The position numbers and the translations under genes are program-made. This document shows, one piece after another, positions 9,329-19,516 of a stretch of 64,000 nt of DNA. Source of the stretch: an uncultured archaeon (GTDB taxonomy: Archaea > Asgardarchaeota > Lokiarchaeia > Sigyniarchaeales > SOKP01); the NCBI GenBank assembly GCA_964486045.1, contig CAZALK010000005.1, forward strand, positions 160,001 to 224,000, in the 5' to 3' direction. Each line of letters starts with the position of its first letter. Position 1 is the stretch's first letter. The notes beneath the pieces were generated by a model. The model searched no databases. It saw nothing but the letters and a program-made list of their open reading frames with translations, and had not been told where the DNA came from.

Positions 9329-11671
9329 TTGGTGTTTATAGAAGATCACTTAGATAAAAAGAAATTTGATCCAAAATTTCAAGCAAAACTTAAGCCAATC
9401 TTTCATAAGACAGTGGAGTTTTATATCTCAGTAGAATTACCTAAAGATGAGTCGAATAGATGGCCTATTAAGTTTTATTTAAAATTCCAAAATGATAATT
9501 TTTTTATTCCTCTGTCTGATCTGTGGATTTATGATGGCCTATTTAATGAGAAGTTTGTTAGTATTCTATTAGACAAAAAAGAGTTTCTAAATTTGCTCTT
9601 GGAGTCAATGAGAATAGCAATTAAAATTTTTCCTTCCTTACATCGCACTCTAAAGGATAATTACCCTCAAAATATTGAGATGAATTCTTCCGAAGTTTCT
9701 GAATTTCTTACTTATCCAATAGAGTTACTCAAAGATATTGGGTTTAAAGTTCAATATCCTGCCAAATTAAGATTAGCGCAGAAGAGGGGTTTATCTGCTA
9801 AATTACTGATCGGGTCCAAATCAAATAAAAGTAAATCTGATTTTAGTTTGGGATCTTTATTAGATTTCAGATGGGAATTTCTTCTTTTCGGAAAACCCGT
9901 ACGATTAGAGGAATTGAAAAGATTATTGAAATTGGATGATCCATTAATAAAATGGAGAGATAATAAGTGGATTTTCATTAACAAGGAAGATCTAGACTTT
10001 TTAAAGTGGATTTATAAAAATAATGGATTTTCTGGGAAGATTAAGGTAGCAGATATATTAAAATTTGAGTTAAGGGATAAATACACAAATTTACATCTGA
10101 GAAGAGATTATAAAATAAAATTTTTAGGAAATCTTCGGACAAAAATCAAACACATCAAGAAAAAGTTAGATTTTAAATTAATAGAGCAACCAAAAGATTT
10201 TGTGGGTGAACTAAGAGAATACCAGCAAATAGGATTTTCTTGGTTAGCGATGCTCTGTGATATTGGATTAGGAGTATGCTTAGGAGATGATATGGGGCTC
10301 GGTAAAACCATACAGACTCTAGCTTATCTCTCTTACAGACGAGAAAATTATTCTAATGAAAAAGGGAGCATTTTAATTGTGTGTCCTACATCATTATTAA
10401 CTAACTGGGAACATGAGATAAAGAAATTTTCCCCGAAATTCAAGGTTCTGAAATACTATGGATCGAGAAGAGGAAATCTCCGAGATAAAAGAGATACCTT
10501 TCTAATAGCTCACCAAATAATTTTAACTTCCTACGGAGTTGTAAGAAACGACATAGATTTCTTAAAAGATATAGAATTTAATGGAATTATAATTGATGAG
10601 TCTACAAATATTAAAAATTATAATTCTAAAAGAGCTAAATCCATTTACTTATTGAAGGGGGGTTTTAAAATCGCATTAAGTGGTACACCCATAGAGAATC
10701 ATCTCGAGGAATTATGGTCACTTTTTAATTTTCTAAATCCTGGATTACTAGCTTCTTTGAATGAGTTCAGGAAAACATTTGTAAATCCAATTCAAAATTA
10801 TCGAAATGCTGAAAAGATCAAGAAACTAAAAATTATTATAGATCCCTTTATCTTGAGACGATTAAAGACAGATAAAAAAGTAATTAAAGATTTACCGGAA
10901 AAAAATGAAATTATGATATATATCAATCTGTCTGACTCGCAAATAAGTCTATACAAAAAAATAGTAGATGAAATTCTTAAAGATATAAGAGAAAATTATA
11001 ATAGTGCAAGAAAACGAAATGGGCTTGTTCTTAAGCTTATAACTAAGTTAAAACAGCTATGTAATCACCCATTACAATATCTTAAAATTGAACCATCTAA
11101 ATACAATTTTAATGAAAACCTCAATGATTTTCTTGTTCAATCTCCTAAAATTGCAAGGATTTTTGATATTATAGAGAATATTCTTGAGAATGACCAAAAA
11201 GTTCTTATATTTTCACAATATAAAACGTTAGGTGATATCTTATTAATGGCTTTAACCACTAAATTTGGGAAAATAGTATCATTTTATCATGGTAGCTTGA
11301 ATCCCAAACAAAGAGATATGATTGTAAAGGATTTTCAATCAAGGAAAGAGGGAAATTCAAAAATTTTGATTGCTTCCATCAAAGCTGGTGGTTTTGGTTT
11401 AAATTTAACCCAAGGAACTACTGTTATACATGTAGATCGGTGGTGGAATCCTAGCACGGAGTCACAAGCCACTGATAGAGCTTATCGAATTGGTCAAGAT
11501 AAGAATGTAAATGTTTTTAAATTTATTGCTATTGGAACAATAGAAGAAAAGATTGATGCCCTGCTGGAAGAAAAAAGAAAGTTATCAAGGCAGATTATAA
11601 CTCCTACGTCTTCAATTATTTCAAAATTACCTATAGAAGAGATCGAAGACCTATTTTCCTTAATACACTGA
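9329..11671 (+). CDS. SNF2/SWI2-family helicase-like ATPase
   Basis: LREYQ, DDMGLGKT, DEST, SGTPIEN, WWNP, QATDRAYRIGQ motifs. Confidence 0.93.
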   Translation: MVFIEDHLDKKKFDPKFQAKLKPIFHKTVEFYISVELPKDESNRWPIKFYLKFQNDNFFIPLSDLWIYDGLFNEKFVSILLDKKEFLNLLLESMRIAIKIFPSLHRTLKDNYPQNIEMNSSEVSEFLTYPIELLKDIGFKVQYPAKLRLAQKRGLSAKLLIGSKSNKSKSDFSLGSLLDFRWEFLLFGKPVRLEELKRLLKLDDPLIKWRDNKWIFINKEDLDFLKWIYKNNGFSGKIKVADILKFELRDKYTNLHLRRDYKIKFLGNLRTKIKHIKKKLDFKLIEQPKDFVGELREYQQIGFSWLAMLCDIGLGVCLGDDMGLGKTIQTLAYLSYRRENYSNEKGSILIVCPTSLLTNWEHEIKKFSPKFKVLKYYGSRRGNLRDKRDTFLIAHQIILTSYGVVRNDIDFLKDIEFNGIIIDESTNIKNYNSKRAKSIYLLKGGFKIALSGTPIENHLEELWSLFNFLNPGLLASLNEFRKTFVNPIQNYRNAEKIKKLKIIIDPFILRRLKTDKKVIKDLPEKNEIMIYINLSDSQISLYKKIVDEILKDIRENYNSARKRNGLVLKLITKLKQLCNHPLQYLKIEPSKYNFNENLNDFLVQSPKIARIFDIIENILENDQKVLIFSQYKTLGDILLMALTTKFGKIVSFYHGSLNPKQRDMIVKDFQSRKEGNSKILIASIKAGGFGLNLTQGTTVIHVDRWWNPSTESQATDRAYRIGQDKNVNVFKFIAIGTIEEKIDALLEEKRKLSRQIITPTSSIISKLPIEEIEDLFSLIH

Positions 11672-11685
11672 TAAGTAGAATAATG

Positions 11686-12600
11686 TTAACTACTAGAAGG
11701 AGTCATATTTTCTGTTGTTTTAAGAGGAAAGTCTGGATTTAATTTCATTATATGTGCTATGTGAAAAACACCCCATGAACCACATAAATCGCAATCGACA
11801 TCATTCCCATAACAACAAAAAGGAATTTCAAACCCATTATCCCCTAAATAGATAGGGAGCATGATGTTCTTCAATGGGCAATTATTGGTTATTTGAAGTG
11901 CGGTTTGGGATAATAAAAGATTAAGTACTTTGCTATTATTAAGAACAAAGCGTGGGTATTTCTTTTTTAATTTAATTATTTCTTTAACTGCCGAATCCCT
12001 CTCTTTTAGTGATTTCCAGCCAAATTCAGATTTATCTTTTTTTTTTGGAACATAAAAAGTAAAGGTAATACCTCTTATTGGAGTTTCTTTGCGCAAGACG
12101 TTTATTAATTTTTCATAATTACCTTTCCCTATTTTAGAAACAGCACAATTACATTGAAGATCTCCTTTAAAATCGTCTGGTAAATTATCTAAATTACTTA
12201 TTACTCTGTTGAATACACCTGTTCCTCTTATATCATCATTAAGTTCTTCAGGACCATCTATTGAGATCGTCCATTTTGTGCTAGATCCTAAATTAATTAG
12301 TGGTAATGTTCCATTAGTGGCAATGACGTTTTGAGGAAACAATTTAACACCCTCCTTTAAAATATCTTTTCGGAGAAGAGGTTCTCCTCCCATCCAGAGC
12401 ATTCTGATTATTCCATAAATTCTTTGATAGTTTTTAATTTCTTCAATCATAACGTTTGTTGCCATTTCATTTTTCTCAGTGGGTGTATTAGGATTGCCTT
12501 CCCGAAAAACGAAACAATGCTTGCATTTTAAATTACATCTATTTGTAATATTCACCAAAGCTAATGGGAATCTTGGTGTTATATCTTTCATTGTATACAA
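11686..12600 (-). CDS. Radical SAM protein with C-terminal Cys cluster
   Basis: CNLKCKHC, GGEPLL, SIDG; C-terminal CC-x6-CxxC. Confidence 0.85.
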   Translation of the reverse strand: MYTMKDITPRFPLALVNITNRCNLKCKHCFVFREGNPNTPTEKNEMATNVMIEEIKNYQRIYGIIRMLWMGGEPLLRKDILKEGVKLFPQNVIATNGTLPLINLGSSTKWTISIDGPEELNDDIRGTGVFNRVISNLDNLPDDFKGDLQCNCAVSKIGKGNYEKLINVLRKETPIRGITFTFYVPKKKDKSEFGWKSLKERDSAVKEIIKLKKKYPRFVLNNSKVLNLLLSQTALQITNNCPLKNIMLPIYLGDNGFEIPFCCYGNDVDCDLCGSWGVFHIAHIMKLNPDFPLKTTENMTPSSS

Positions 12601-12903
12601 TTAATTAGATATTGAAATTATTAAAGATTTTACTTGACTGTTAACATTATTTATATTTAAAAAGAAAGAAAAGGATAAACAGAATGTCAATTTGGATACA
12701 AGGCACAAGAAAGTAATAATCAAGATCCTCAAAACTGAATTTTAATTTTCACCCTTTTATTCCTCTTTATTCTGGTATAAAAAGAGATTTTATCTTTCTA
12801 TATTTACTGCAATTTTATGCCAACGAAATTTATTAATAAAAATTTATCCGATTTTATTAAGAAGTAAAAAAAAATTAAAATAAAAAAATCGAAAGTGATA
12901 TGA

Positions 12904-13239
12904 ATGAGTTTTGAAGAAGAATTTGATGAGGATTTAGAATTAGAAGAGGTTCCAATGAAATCTAAGACACCTGCTTCGAAAAATCCTTCAGGAAGGAAGA
13001 AAACTGTATATTTTATTTCTACCATAGGACCCGGTGAAAAGAAAGAAAAATTAACTGTGAACGATGGTAACCGCGTTGAAGACATTAAACATACATTAGG
13101 AAATCTATATGGTCTTGATCCTGATGATTTTCACCTTAGTTCTGGTGGGAGAACGCTGAACGAGTCTGACAAATTATCGGACTATGATGTAAACGATGGG
13201 GATGATATTCTTATGATCCCTGCGAGTACAGCTGGGTAA
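12904..13239 (+). CDS. Ubiquitin-like modifier ending in -TAG (Thr-Ala-Gly), acidic N-terminal extension
   Basis: Beta-grasp-like pattern LSSGGRTLNESDKLSDYDVNDGD, C-terminal Gly, first gene before E1/E2/JAMM. Confidence 0.85.
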   Translation: MSFEEEFDEDLELEEVPMKSKTPASKNPSGRKKTVYFISTIGPGEKKEKLTVNDGNRVEDIKHTLGNLYGLDPDDFHLSSGGRTLNESDKLSDYDVNDGDDILMIPASTAG

Positions 13240-13270
13240 ACTTATATAATTTTCTTCATATTTTAATATG

Positions 13271-13306
13271 TGAGGGCATTAAGCCCTTCAATTTTTTTAT
13301 TTTTTT
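13271..13306 (+). terminator. Hairpin plus T-tract between Ubl and E1
   Basis: TGAGGGC-ATTAA-GCCCTTCA followed by TTTTTTTATTTTTTT. Confidence 0.5.
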
Positions 13307-13320
13307 AAAAACTATTAATC

Positions 13321-14553
13321 GTGATAATAATGGATAAGGATTCAGACTTTTTTGCTACTGGTTTATCAGTGGAAGAGAAAGATTTATACAATCGTCAATT
13401 CCGTCTTGAGGGTTGGTCTCAGAAATTGGTAAAAAATTCAAGAGTATTAATAGCTGGTGTAGGAGGTTTAGGGTGTGAAATTGCTAAAAATTTAGCCATG
13501 CTTGGTATCGGTCATTTAGATCTTGTTGATTTAGATATTATTGAGCATTCAAATTTGAATCGCCAAATTTTATTTGCAGGAGCGAAAATGGGGGAGCCAA
13601 AAGCGATTGTTGCAGCTAGAAAATTAGCAGAAATTAATCCTAATATTACTATTAAGGGATACCACACTTCTTTAGAGCGATTAGATCCGGCATTGTATCT
13701 CTCTGCCGATATTGTTATCGGTGGTCTTGATTCGATGAATGCACGTTTAAACCTAAATGCTCAATGTGTAAGATTTAGAAAGCCTTTGATAGATGGAGGG
13801 GTTTCTGGTTATCATGGTCATTTATATACAATTTTTCCTTATCAAAATGCTTGTTACGAATGCTACCCAATTCCTGAAAGGGAAACTGATAATATGGCTG
13901 CTTGTACGGTTGTTGGAGTGCCCAGAAAAAGGATTCACTGTGTGTTTAAGGGGCATCTAGCATTTTCTGAGAAGTTTGATAAAGATCCGAATCCAAAGAA
14001 TATAAATGATATTAAGTTTATTCAAAAGTTTGCGAATGAATTAGTAAATAAACATAATTTCTTACCAGAATATTCAAAAGATGATATTGTAAAAATAATA
14101 GATAGACACGATCCAGGAATAATAACAATTAATGCTGTAATTTCTGCATTACAGTCTCATGAAGCTATAAAAATTCTTCATTGGAACAATGGTCATAAAG
14201 GAATGGGTAAACCCATTAAAAGTTACTTGATTTTTAATGCAATTACAATGAAATTTTATCATATAGAAAAACAAAAAAACAAAAATTGTTCTCAATGCGG
14301 AAAAAAGGTTCGAAGAGTTTCGATCAAATTAAAATCTCGTTCACCATGCATAAATATTATTAATGTGCTAAAGAGAAATGGATTTAAATTAGATCCTGAT
14401 TTAGAGCCTGTTATAACGTTATTAGATTTTAATGATATACAGATGGTAGATTTAGATCAGAATCCAATCGAAAATGGATTAAGAAATTATGAATTAATGA
14501 CTGTAGCTGGCTTTAAAGAAGGGGAAATTTTTGTAACCTTAAAACTGACATGA
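13321..14553 (+). CDS. Ubiquitin-activating enzyme E1 (ThiF/UBA3-like); start may be ATG at 13330
   Basis: YNRQ, GVGGLG, DLDIIEHSNLNRQ, CYEC, catalytic-type ACTV, PRKRIHC, CSQC. Confidence 0.92.
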   Translation: MIIMDKDSDFFATGLSVEEKDLYNRQFRLEGWSQKLVKNSRVLIAGVGGLGCEIAKNLAMLGIGHLDLVDLDIIEHSNLNRQILFAGAKMGEPKAIVAARKLAEINPNITIKGYHTSLERLDPALYLSADIVIGGLDSMNARLNLNAQCVRFRKPLIDGGVSGYHGHLYTIFPYQNACYECYPIPERETDNMAACTVVGVPRKRIHCVFKGHLAFSEKFDKDPNPKNINDIKFIQKFANELVNKHNFLPEYSKDDIVKIIDRHDPGIITINAVISALQSHEAIKILHWNNGHKGMGKPIKSYLIFNAITMKFYHIEKQKNKNCSQCGKKVRRVSIKLKSRSPCINIINVLKRNGFKLDPDLEPVITLLDFNDIQMVDLDQNPIENGLRNYELMTVAGFKEGEIFVTLKLT

Positions 14554-14651
14554 ATTTTTAATCAAAAATTATTTTAAAAAACAAGGAAACAAAATTTAAT
14601 AAAATAAAATTTTTAATATAAAAATAGGAAAAATAAAAGGGGGATAAAATT

Positions 14652-15179
14652 ATGAGTATAAGAAGTAGTCGTATTTCACAAGATTTTGCGGGATTAAAAA
14701 AAATGTATAAAAATGGTGTTATTGTTCAATTAAAACCGTTTAATCCTAAAAAGAAAAGTATCGATCATTTGGCTATTACTATAAAGGGTCCTAAGGGTAC
14801 CGCATATGCAGGAGGAATTTATCGTTTAGAAATGAGATTTCCTTCTCAATATCCTAGACAACCACCATTTGTAAGAATGCACACTCCAATCTGGCATCCA
14901 AATTTTTGGCCAAAACCGAGTGAGTATAAAGGACAGAGAAATATTTGTTTAGAATTAGTCGATCCCTCCCTAATTGGAAGGAAGGGGGGATGGAGTCCAT
15001 CAAAAACAGCAGTAACAGTTGTTCAAGCAATAATTGCAATGTTAAACACCAGAGGGAAATATATCAATCCAACGGATGTGTTTAATAAAAAAGCAGCTAT
15101 AGAATTGATGAAAAGCCGAAAATTCTACGAGAAAAAGGTGAGAAATCTGTCTAAAAAATATGCAAATAAAAAATGGTGA
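14652..15179 (+). CDS. Ubiquitin-conjugating enzyme E2
   Basis: GPKGTAYAGG, FPSQYP..PP, WHPN, ICL catalytic Cys, WSP. Confidence 0.93.
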   Translation: MSIRSSRISQDFAGLKKMYKNGVIVQLKPFNPKKKSIDHLAITIKGPKGTAYAGGIYRLEMRFPSQYPRQPPFVRMHTPIWHPNFWPKPSEYKGQRNICLELVDPSLIGRKGGWSPSKTAVTVVQAIIAMLNTRGKYINPTDVFNKKAAIELMKSRKFYEKKVRNLSKKYANKKW

Positions 15180-15186
15180 GATCTAT

Positions 15187-15999
15187 ATGCAAGATGAAAA
15201 TTTATCCAACAATTCAATCCGAGAAGTAATAAAAAGAAAGATTAAAGAAAAAATAAAAGAGGAGCTATTAGAGGAGATTAGAGAAGAACTTAAATTAGAG
15301 GAAGAAGAATTAACTGAAGAAATTTCATCAATGATTACTAAAAAGAGCACTGCTAAACCAATTGTAAAACTTTCAAAAATACCTACGACTAAAATCACAG
15401 AGAAAAAAAATACTGGGACTTCATTGGAGGATGAAATTCAAAAAGAAATTTATATATCAGTAAAACCTATCCTTAAAGTAGCTAGTCATGCGCTAAAATA
15501 TGCTAATTCAAAGATTCCAAGAGAGAATTGGGTGGAAGTTATAGGACTTCTTGCAGGAAAAATAGGTAAAAAGGATATACTATACATTGAAGATGCTTAC
15601 CCGATGGGTCATGGAACAGCAGTATATGCTGAAATTAAGAATTATAAGAATTATGTAAGAGCTTTTGAGGATATTAAGAAGCAAGGACTATTCATTTGTG
15701 GATGGTATCACTCTCATCCATCCTACAATTGTTTTATGTCGAATGAAGACTTAGGAACACAGGCAAGGTATCAGAAACTCTGGGATAAGTCTGTCGCTCT
15801 TGTTATTGATCCTTATCAGATTAATGGCAAATCTACGGGATTTGAGATATATAGGGCAGATATTAAAAATAACACATGGTACCCTTTAGTATATGGGATT
15901 AAAGGATCATTAGATGTGCGTATGTTACCTGAAATATTGAAGTTTATGAATCCTATAATTGAAGGAAAGCCAGTATATCTTGAATATGATGAAGATTAA
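15187..15999 (+). CDS. JAMM/MPN+ isopeptidase (Rpn11/CSN5-like); start placed at second ATG
   Basis: EVIGLL, GWYHSHP-x5-S-x2-D, VIDP; GGTGA upstream of ATG 15187. Confidence 0.9.
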   Translation: MQDENLSNNSIREVIKRKIKEKIKEELLEEIREELKLEEEELTEEISSMITKKSTAKPIVKLSKIPTTKITEKKNTGTSLEDEIQKEIYISVKPILKVASHALKYANSKIPRENWVEVIGLLAGKIGKKDILYIEDAYPMGHGTAVYAEIKNYKNYVRAFEDIKKQGLFICGWYHSHPSYNCFMSNEDLGTQARYQKLWDKSVALVIDPYQINGKSTGFEIYRADIKNNTWYPLVYGIKGSLDVRMLPEILKFMNPIIEGKPVYLEYDED

Positions 16000-16027
16000 A
16001 ATATAAAAAAGGGATGAGTTTTTAACC

Positions 16028-17221
16028 ATGGTTAAAACTAAGACTGTTATAATAATACTAGGAATATTTTCGTTAATTGGATTAATTCATGGTATTGCAG
16101 CAGCTTCATTTAATGTTTTTATCACATGGCTACTAATTGGAATATGGTTGATTTTTTCTTTTAAAGTCTTTAAAAATATAAAACGTTATCGATCATTTAA
16201 TTCACCCTATAATACAGCGTTCTTTATAATCGGACCTCTTCTTGTTGGAATTTTCTATTCAATTTGGGGTTATTTTACAGGATTAATGGGAGAAAATTTA
16301 ATAGAAGGTGGTAACTTATACGTGAGCTTCTGGAGTTTAATATTTGGATCTCCCTATGTTGTTTGTGGTTCATTATCTTTATATCGTTGTTTTAAAAAAT
16401 ATACTGTCGTTTATTTTGGTACTAAATCAATTAAAGCTCGCACAATGGGTTATATTTTAAGTATTTCAGTTATATTATTCATCATTGTGTTCTGGGTAAG
16501 TTTTTATTCTGTAGTTGATTTCTATGAGTCTTTATTAATACCTCTACATTTTTCAATAGACCTCAATCTTCTGTTGCTGTTAATTAGCACGATAATAATA
16601 ATGATAGCATCAGGAGTATTAGGAGCTCGAAGTCATTTACCCCAATTAACTAGAGAATACATATCACAGCGTGTTAATAGATTAAATAATCTAACATCAC
16701 CTAAAAGTAGCAATACTCCTAGTAGAAATAGAGAGCGTATTCGTACAACAACTAGATCATCACTTTCTCCTACAACCAGAACTACCACAAAAACCTCCAG
16801 GTCTGTCTCACATTCTTCTAGATCAACACCTACATCACGTAGGCAAACTTTAAGTTCGAGAACCAAAAAAACAACTAAAACAGCAACAAGGAAGCCAAAT
16901 ACAATTGGTCAAAGTTCAATAAATTTGAGAAATCTAGCTATATATAAACCTAAAGCAGCAAATCTTTCAATAGAAGATTTTAAATGCATTTTTTGTTTTA
17001 AATTACCAGAATTCCCTAAAGATAATGGCAGAGGAATAGTTATATGCCCAAATTGTAGGTATCCCGCTCATGCAGATGAATTCAAAGATTGGCTTGATAG
17101 TTCTGGTCTTTGTTCTCGTTGCAATGCCCCAATACCGGCAAGTTATAAAAGAAATCCGAAAATAATTGCGGTTAAAAACTATCTAACGGCGTTTAAGGAT
17201 TACATAAGTAGAAATAAATGA
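16028..17221 (+). CDS. Multi-pass membrane protein with S/T/R-rich linker and C-terminal RING-like finger (candidate E3)
   Basis: About 6 TM segments; CIFC-x16-CPNC-x4-H-x6-W-x6-CSRC; last gene of Ub operon. Confidence 0.75.
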   Translation: MVKTKTVIIILGIFSLIGLIHGIAAASFNVFITWLLIGIWLIFSFKVFKNIKRYRSFNSPYNTAFFIIGPLLVGIFYSIWGYFTGLMGENLIEGGNLYVSFWSLIFGSPYVVCGSLSLYRCFKKYTVVYFGTKSIKARTMGYILSISVILFIIVFWVSFYSVVDFYESLLIPLHFSIDLNLLLLLISTIIIMIASGVLGARSHLPQLTREYISQRVNRLNNLTSPKSSNTPSRNRERIRTTTRSSLSPTTRTTTKTSRSVSHSSRSTPTSRRQTLSSRTKKTTKTATRKPNTIGQSSINLRNLAIYKPKAANLSIEDFKCIFCFKLPEFPKDNGRGIVICPNCRYPAHADEFKDWLDSSGLCSRCNAPIPASYKRNPKIIAVKNYLTAFKDYISRNK

Positions 17222-17281
17222 TTCAGAAAGAGTTTCTACAGACATCAATCTACATTTCTTTATTCTATGATAAAAAATAAA

Positions 17282-18238
17282 TTATTTTTGATGTACCGCG
17301 CTTTTTAATTCACCTAGTGTAATTTCAACTTCAGAAAATACATTATAAGGATGAATTGATTCATAGCTCTCGATAATGAATGTAATTTTCAAATTATTAT
17401 CTAAATTGGTAAAATCTCTTAAAACAAAGTTTTTTGCCATTTCTCTAATTACATCCTCGGCAAATAAGGGCTTTAAGTGAGCTGTTCTTACCAATTCAGC
17501 TTCATCTGGCCTCTTTAGAATTGACTGAATTTTTCCACTCATAGATTCTTCGATCACATTAATAATGTCTAACACATCAATTTTGTGAATCTCAAGGTCT
17601 TTCATTTCGACGATAATTGTTCCCTTTGAACGTTGATTATGTGAAGCGAAGGGAAGTAAATTAATCAATTTATTAATATCTTCTTGGGAGATTACAATAT
17701 CTTTCCTTGTTTTAATAACTTCTTCTGCGTATTCTTGTGACATTTCCTTTGCACAGGGACAGACCGTCATTCCAACTGCACTAGCTCCTATGAAGTAAGT
17801 AAAATCGATTTCTCCGTTTAATGACCGCTTTGCTTTAACGAGTGAATTAATTTCATATGATTTTTGAATATTTCTCTCATGATTTTCTCTTAATTGAACA
17901 ATTATTTTACCTTCTAATTTTACTTCAGCTTTTGAGGTATATGGATGGCGTTCCAGCAATTTTTTTACAATTCTATCCCCAACTAATTCAATTGTTGGAG
18001 TGGGTTTGTAAATTATTTCGTTTATAACTTCTTCTATTGTTTCTGAAGTTCTTGACATATGAACACCTCTTTGTTCGGCAGGAAGTCCAATATAAGCTGA
18101 AACCTTAGGGTAAAATGAATATTTTTTATTCATTTGAACGATTTCAACTTTTTTCTCCAACTCTACTACTCCTACCTTATCAATGGGGATACTTATTGCC
18201 GAATTAGAATCTTGTAGATCTTTTTTGAATTTATAAAT
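17282..18238 (-). CDS. mptA: GTP cyclohydrolase IV (MptA/FolE2 family); start extended to ATT at 18238
   Basis: RGVHMSR, GMTVCPCA, SHNQRS, KRPDE, ESIH; open frame upstream adds DLQ...IDKVGV. Confidence 0.85.
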   Translation of the reverse strand: MYKFKKDLQDSNSAISIPIDKVGVVELEKKVEIVQMNKKYSFYPKVSAYIGLPAEQRGVHMSRTSETIEEVINEIIYKPTPTIELVGDRIVKKLLERHPYTSKAEVKLEGKIIVQLRENHERNIQKSYEINSLVKAKRSLNGEIDFTYFIGASAVGMTVCPCAKEMSQEYAEEVIKTRKDIVISQEDINKLINLLPFASHNQRSKGTIIVEMKDLEIHKIDVLDIINVIEESMSGKIQSILKRPDEAELVRTAHLKPLFAEDVIREMAKNFVLRDFTNLDNNLKITFIIESYESIHPYNVFSEVEITLGELKSAVHQK

Positions 18239-18352
18239 CTAGTCTCACCAAAAGTCAGTGTTTTTTTTTTTATGGTCTATTCTTTAAAAAGATGAGATAA
18301 TAATAAAATTATATAACTTACTTTTATAAAAAACAATAACATCAAGATTATT

Positions 18353-19516
18353 ATGCCAAAGAAATCTTTGTTTAGTAAATATGCCTTAATAGGGGATAAT
18401 TTGGAGTTAAAACAAAATGTGAATTTTAATCTTACTCCAGAGGGAAAAATATTGAATCTTCTATATGATGATATGGATTCGGAAATAGATATTTCACCTA
18501 ATGATAGTAATTATTTGATGATTCCTGGATTCATCAATTCTCATATCCACATTGGAGACAGCTTTGCTAAAGAAAAAGGTTTCAACAAAAATTTAAGCGA
18601 GGTTGTTGAACCCCCTGATGGATTAAAGCATGAGTTACTTAGAAATGCAACAAGAGAAATGAAATTAATAGCAATAAAAAATGCAATATTAGAAATGTTA
18701 TCAAATGGAATAACTTGCTTTGTTGATTTTAGAGAAAGAGGATTAGAGGGTATTAACGTGTTAAAAGAAGCATTAAGCAACTCTCCTATTTTTTTTCTAA
18801 TTTTAGGTCGTTTTCGAGATTATGGTGATATTGAATCTATTTTTTCTCATTCGAATGGGATAGGATTGGTTAGTTATGATATCACAACACCGAAGATTAA
18901 AGAAGAATTAAAGATCAATAAAGAAAAATCTAAAAAGATAATAGCTTGTCATTGTGCAGAATTAGTTAGGGATGAATCTTTAATAAAGGAAATATGTGAG
19001 GATGATCTTGTTGATATTATTGTTCACGGAACTCAATTTACAAGAGAAGATTTAGAAGTAATTAAGAAAAAAAAGAAGGTTTTAATTCTCTGTCCTCGAT
19101 GTAATGGATATTTTGGAGTAGGATTTCCTCCTATTAATGAAATTTCAAAGTTGAAAATTCCCATTTCTTTAGGAACAGATAACTTGATGGCTAACAGCAC
19201 TGATTTATTTGAAGAAATGCGGTATCTCTACCGTATTTCAAGAGTATTAGATAATAAACAGTTGATTTCAGCAAAAGAATTGTTAAAAATGGTAACGGTT
19301 AATGCTGCTCGAAATTTTAAACTAGAAGAAGAAATCGGTTCTATATCCGAGAATAAATATGCAAATTTTTTTATGGTTAATTTAGATGAACCAAATTTAT
19401 ATACATCGAATTTAGATTATGAAACTTTGTTACCTTTAATTGTTCAACGATGTAATGCTTCAAATATTAAAAAAACCTACATAAAAGGAGAAATTGTCTT
19501 TGATAGGAGCTATTAA
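18353..19516 (+). CDS. Metal-dependent amidohydrolase/deaminase
   Basis: PGFINSHIHIGD, HCAE, LGTDN, TVNAA. Confidence 0.85.
   Translation: MPKKSLFSKYALIGDNLELKQNVNFNLTPEGKILNLLYDDMDSEIDISPNDSNYLMIPGFINSHIHIGDSFAKEKGFNKNLSEVVEPPDGLKHELLRNATREMKLIAIKNAILEMLSNGITCFVDFRERGLEGINVLKEALSNSPIFFLILGRFRDYGDIESIFSHSNGIGLVSYDITTPKIKEELKINKEKSKKIIACHCAELVRDESLIKEICEDDLVDIIVHGTQFTREDLEVIKKKKKVLILCPRCNGYFGVGFPPINEISKLKIPISLGTDNLMANSTDLFEEMRYLYRISRVLDNKQLISAKELLKMVTVNAARNFKLEEEIGSISENKYANFFMVNLDEPNLYTSNLDYETLLPLIVQRCNASNIKKTYIKGEIVFDRSY

Noticed and set aside
18239-18241. TAG readthrough (pyrrolysine) ahead of mptA and the DHPS-like gene
   Set aside because: Further in-frame TGA stops lie just upstream, so no meaningful extended frame exists
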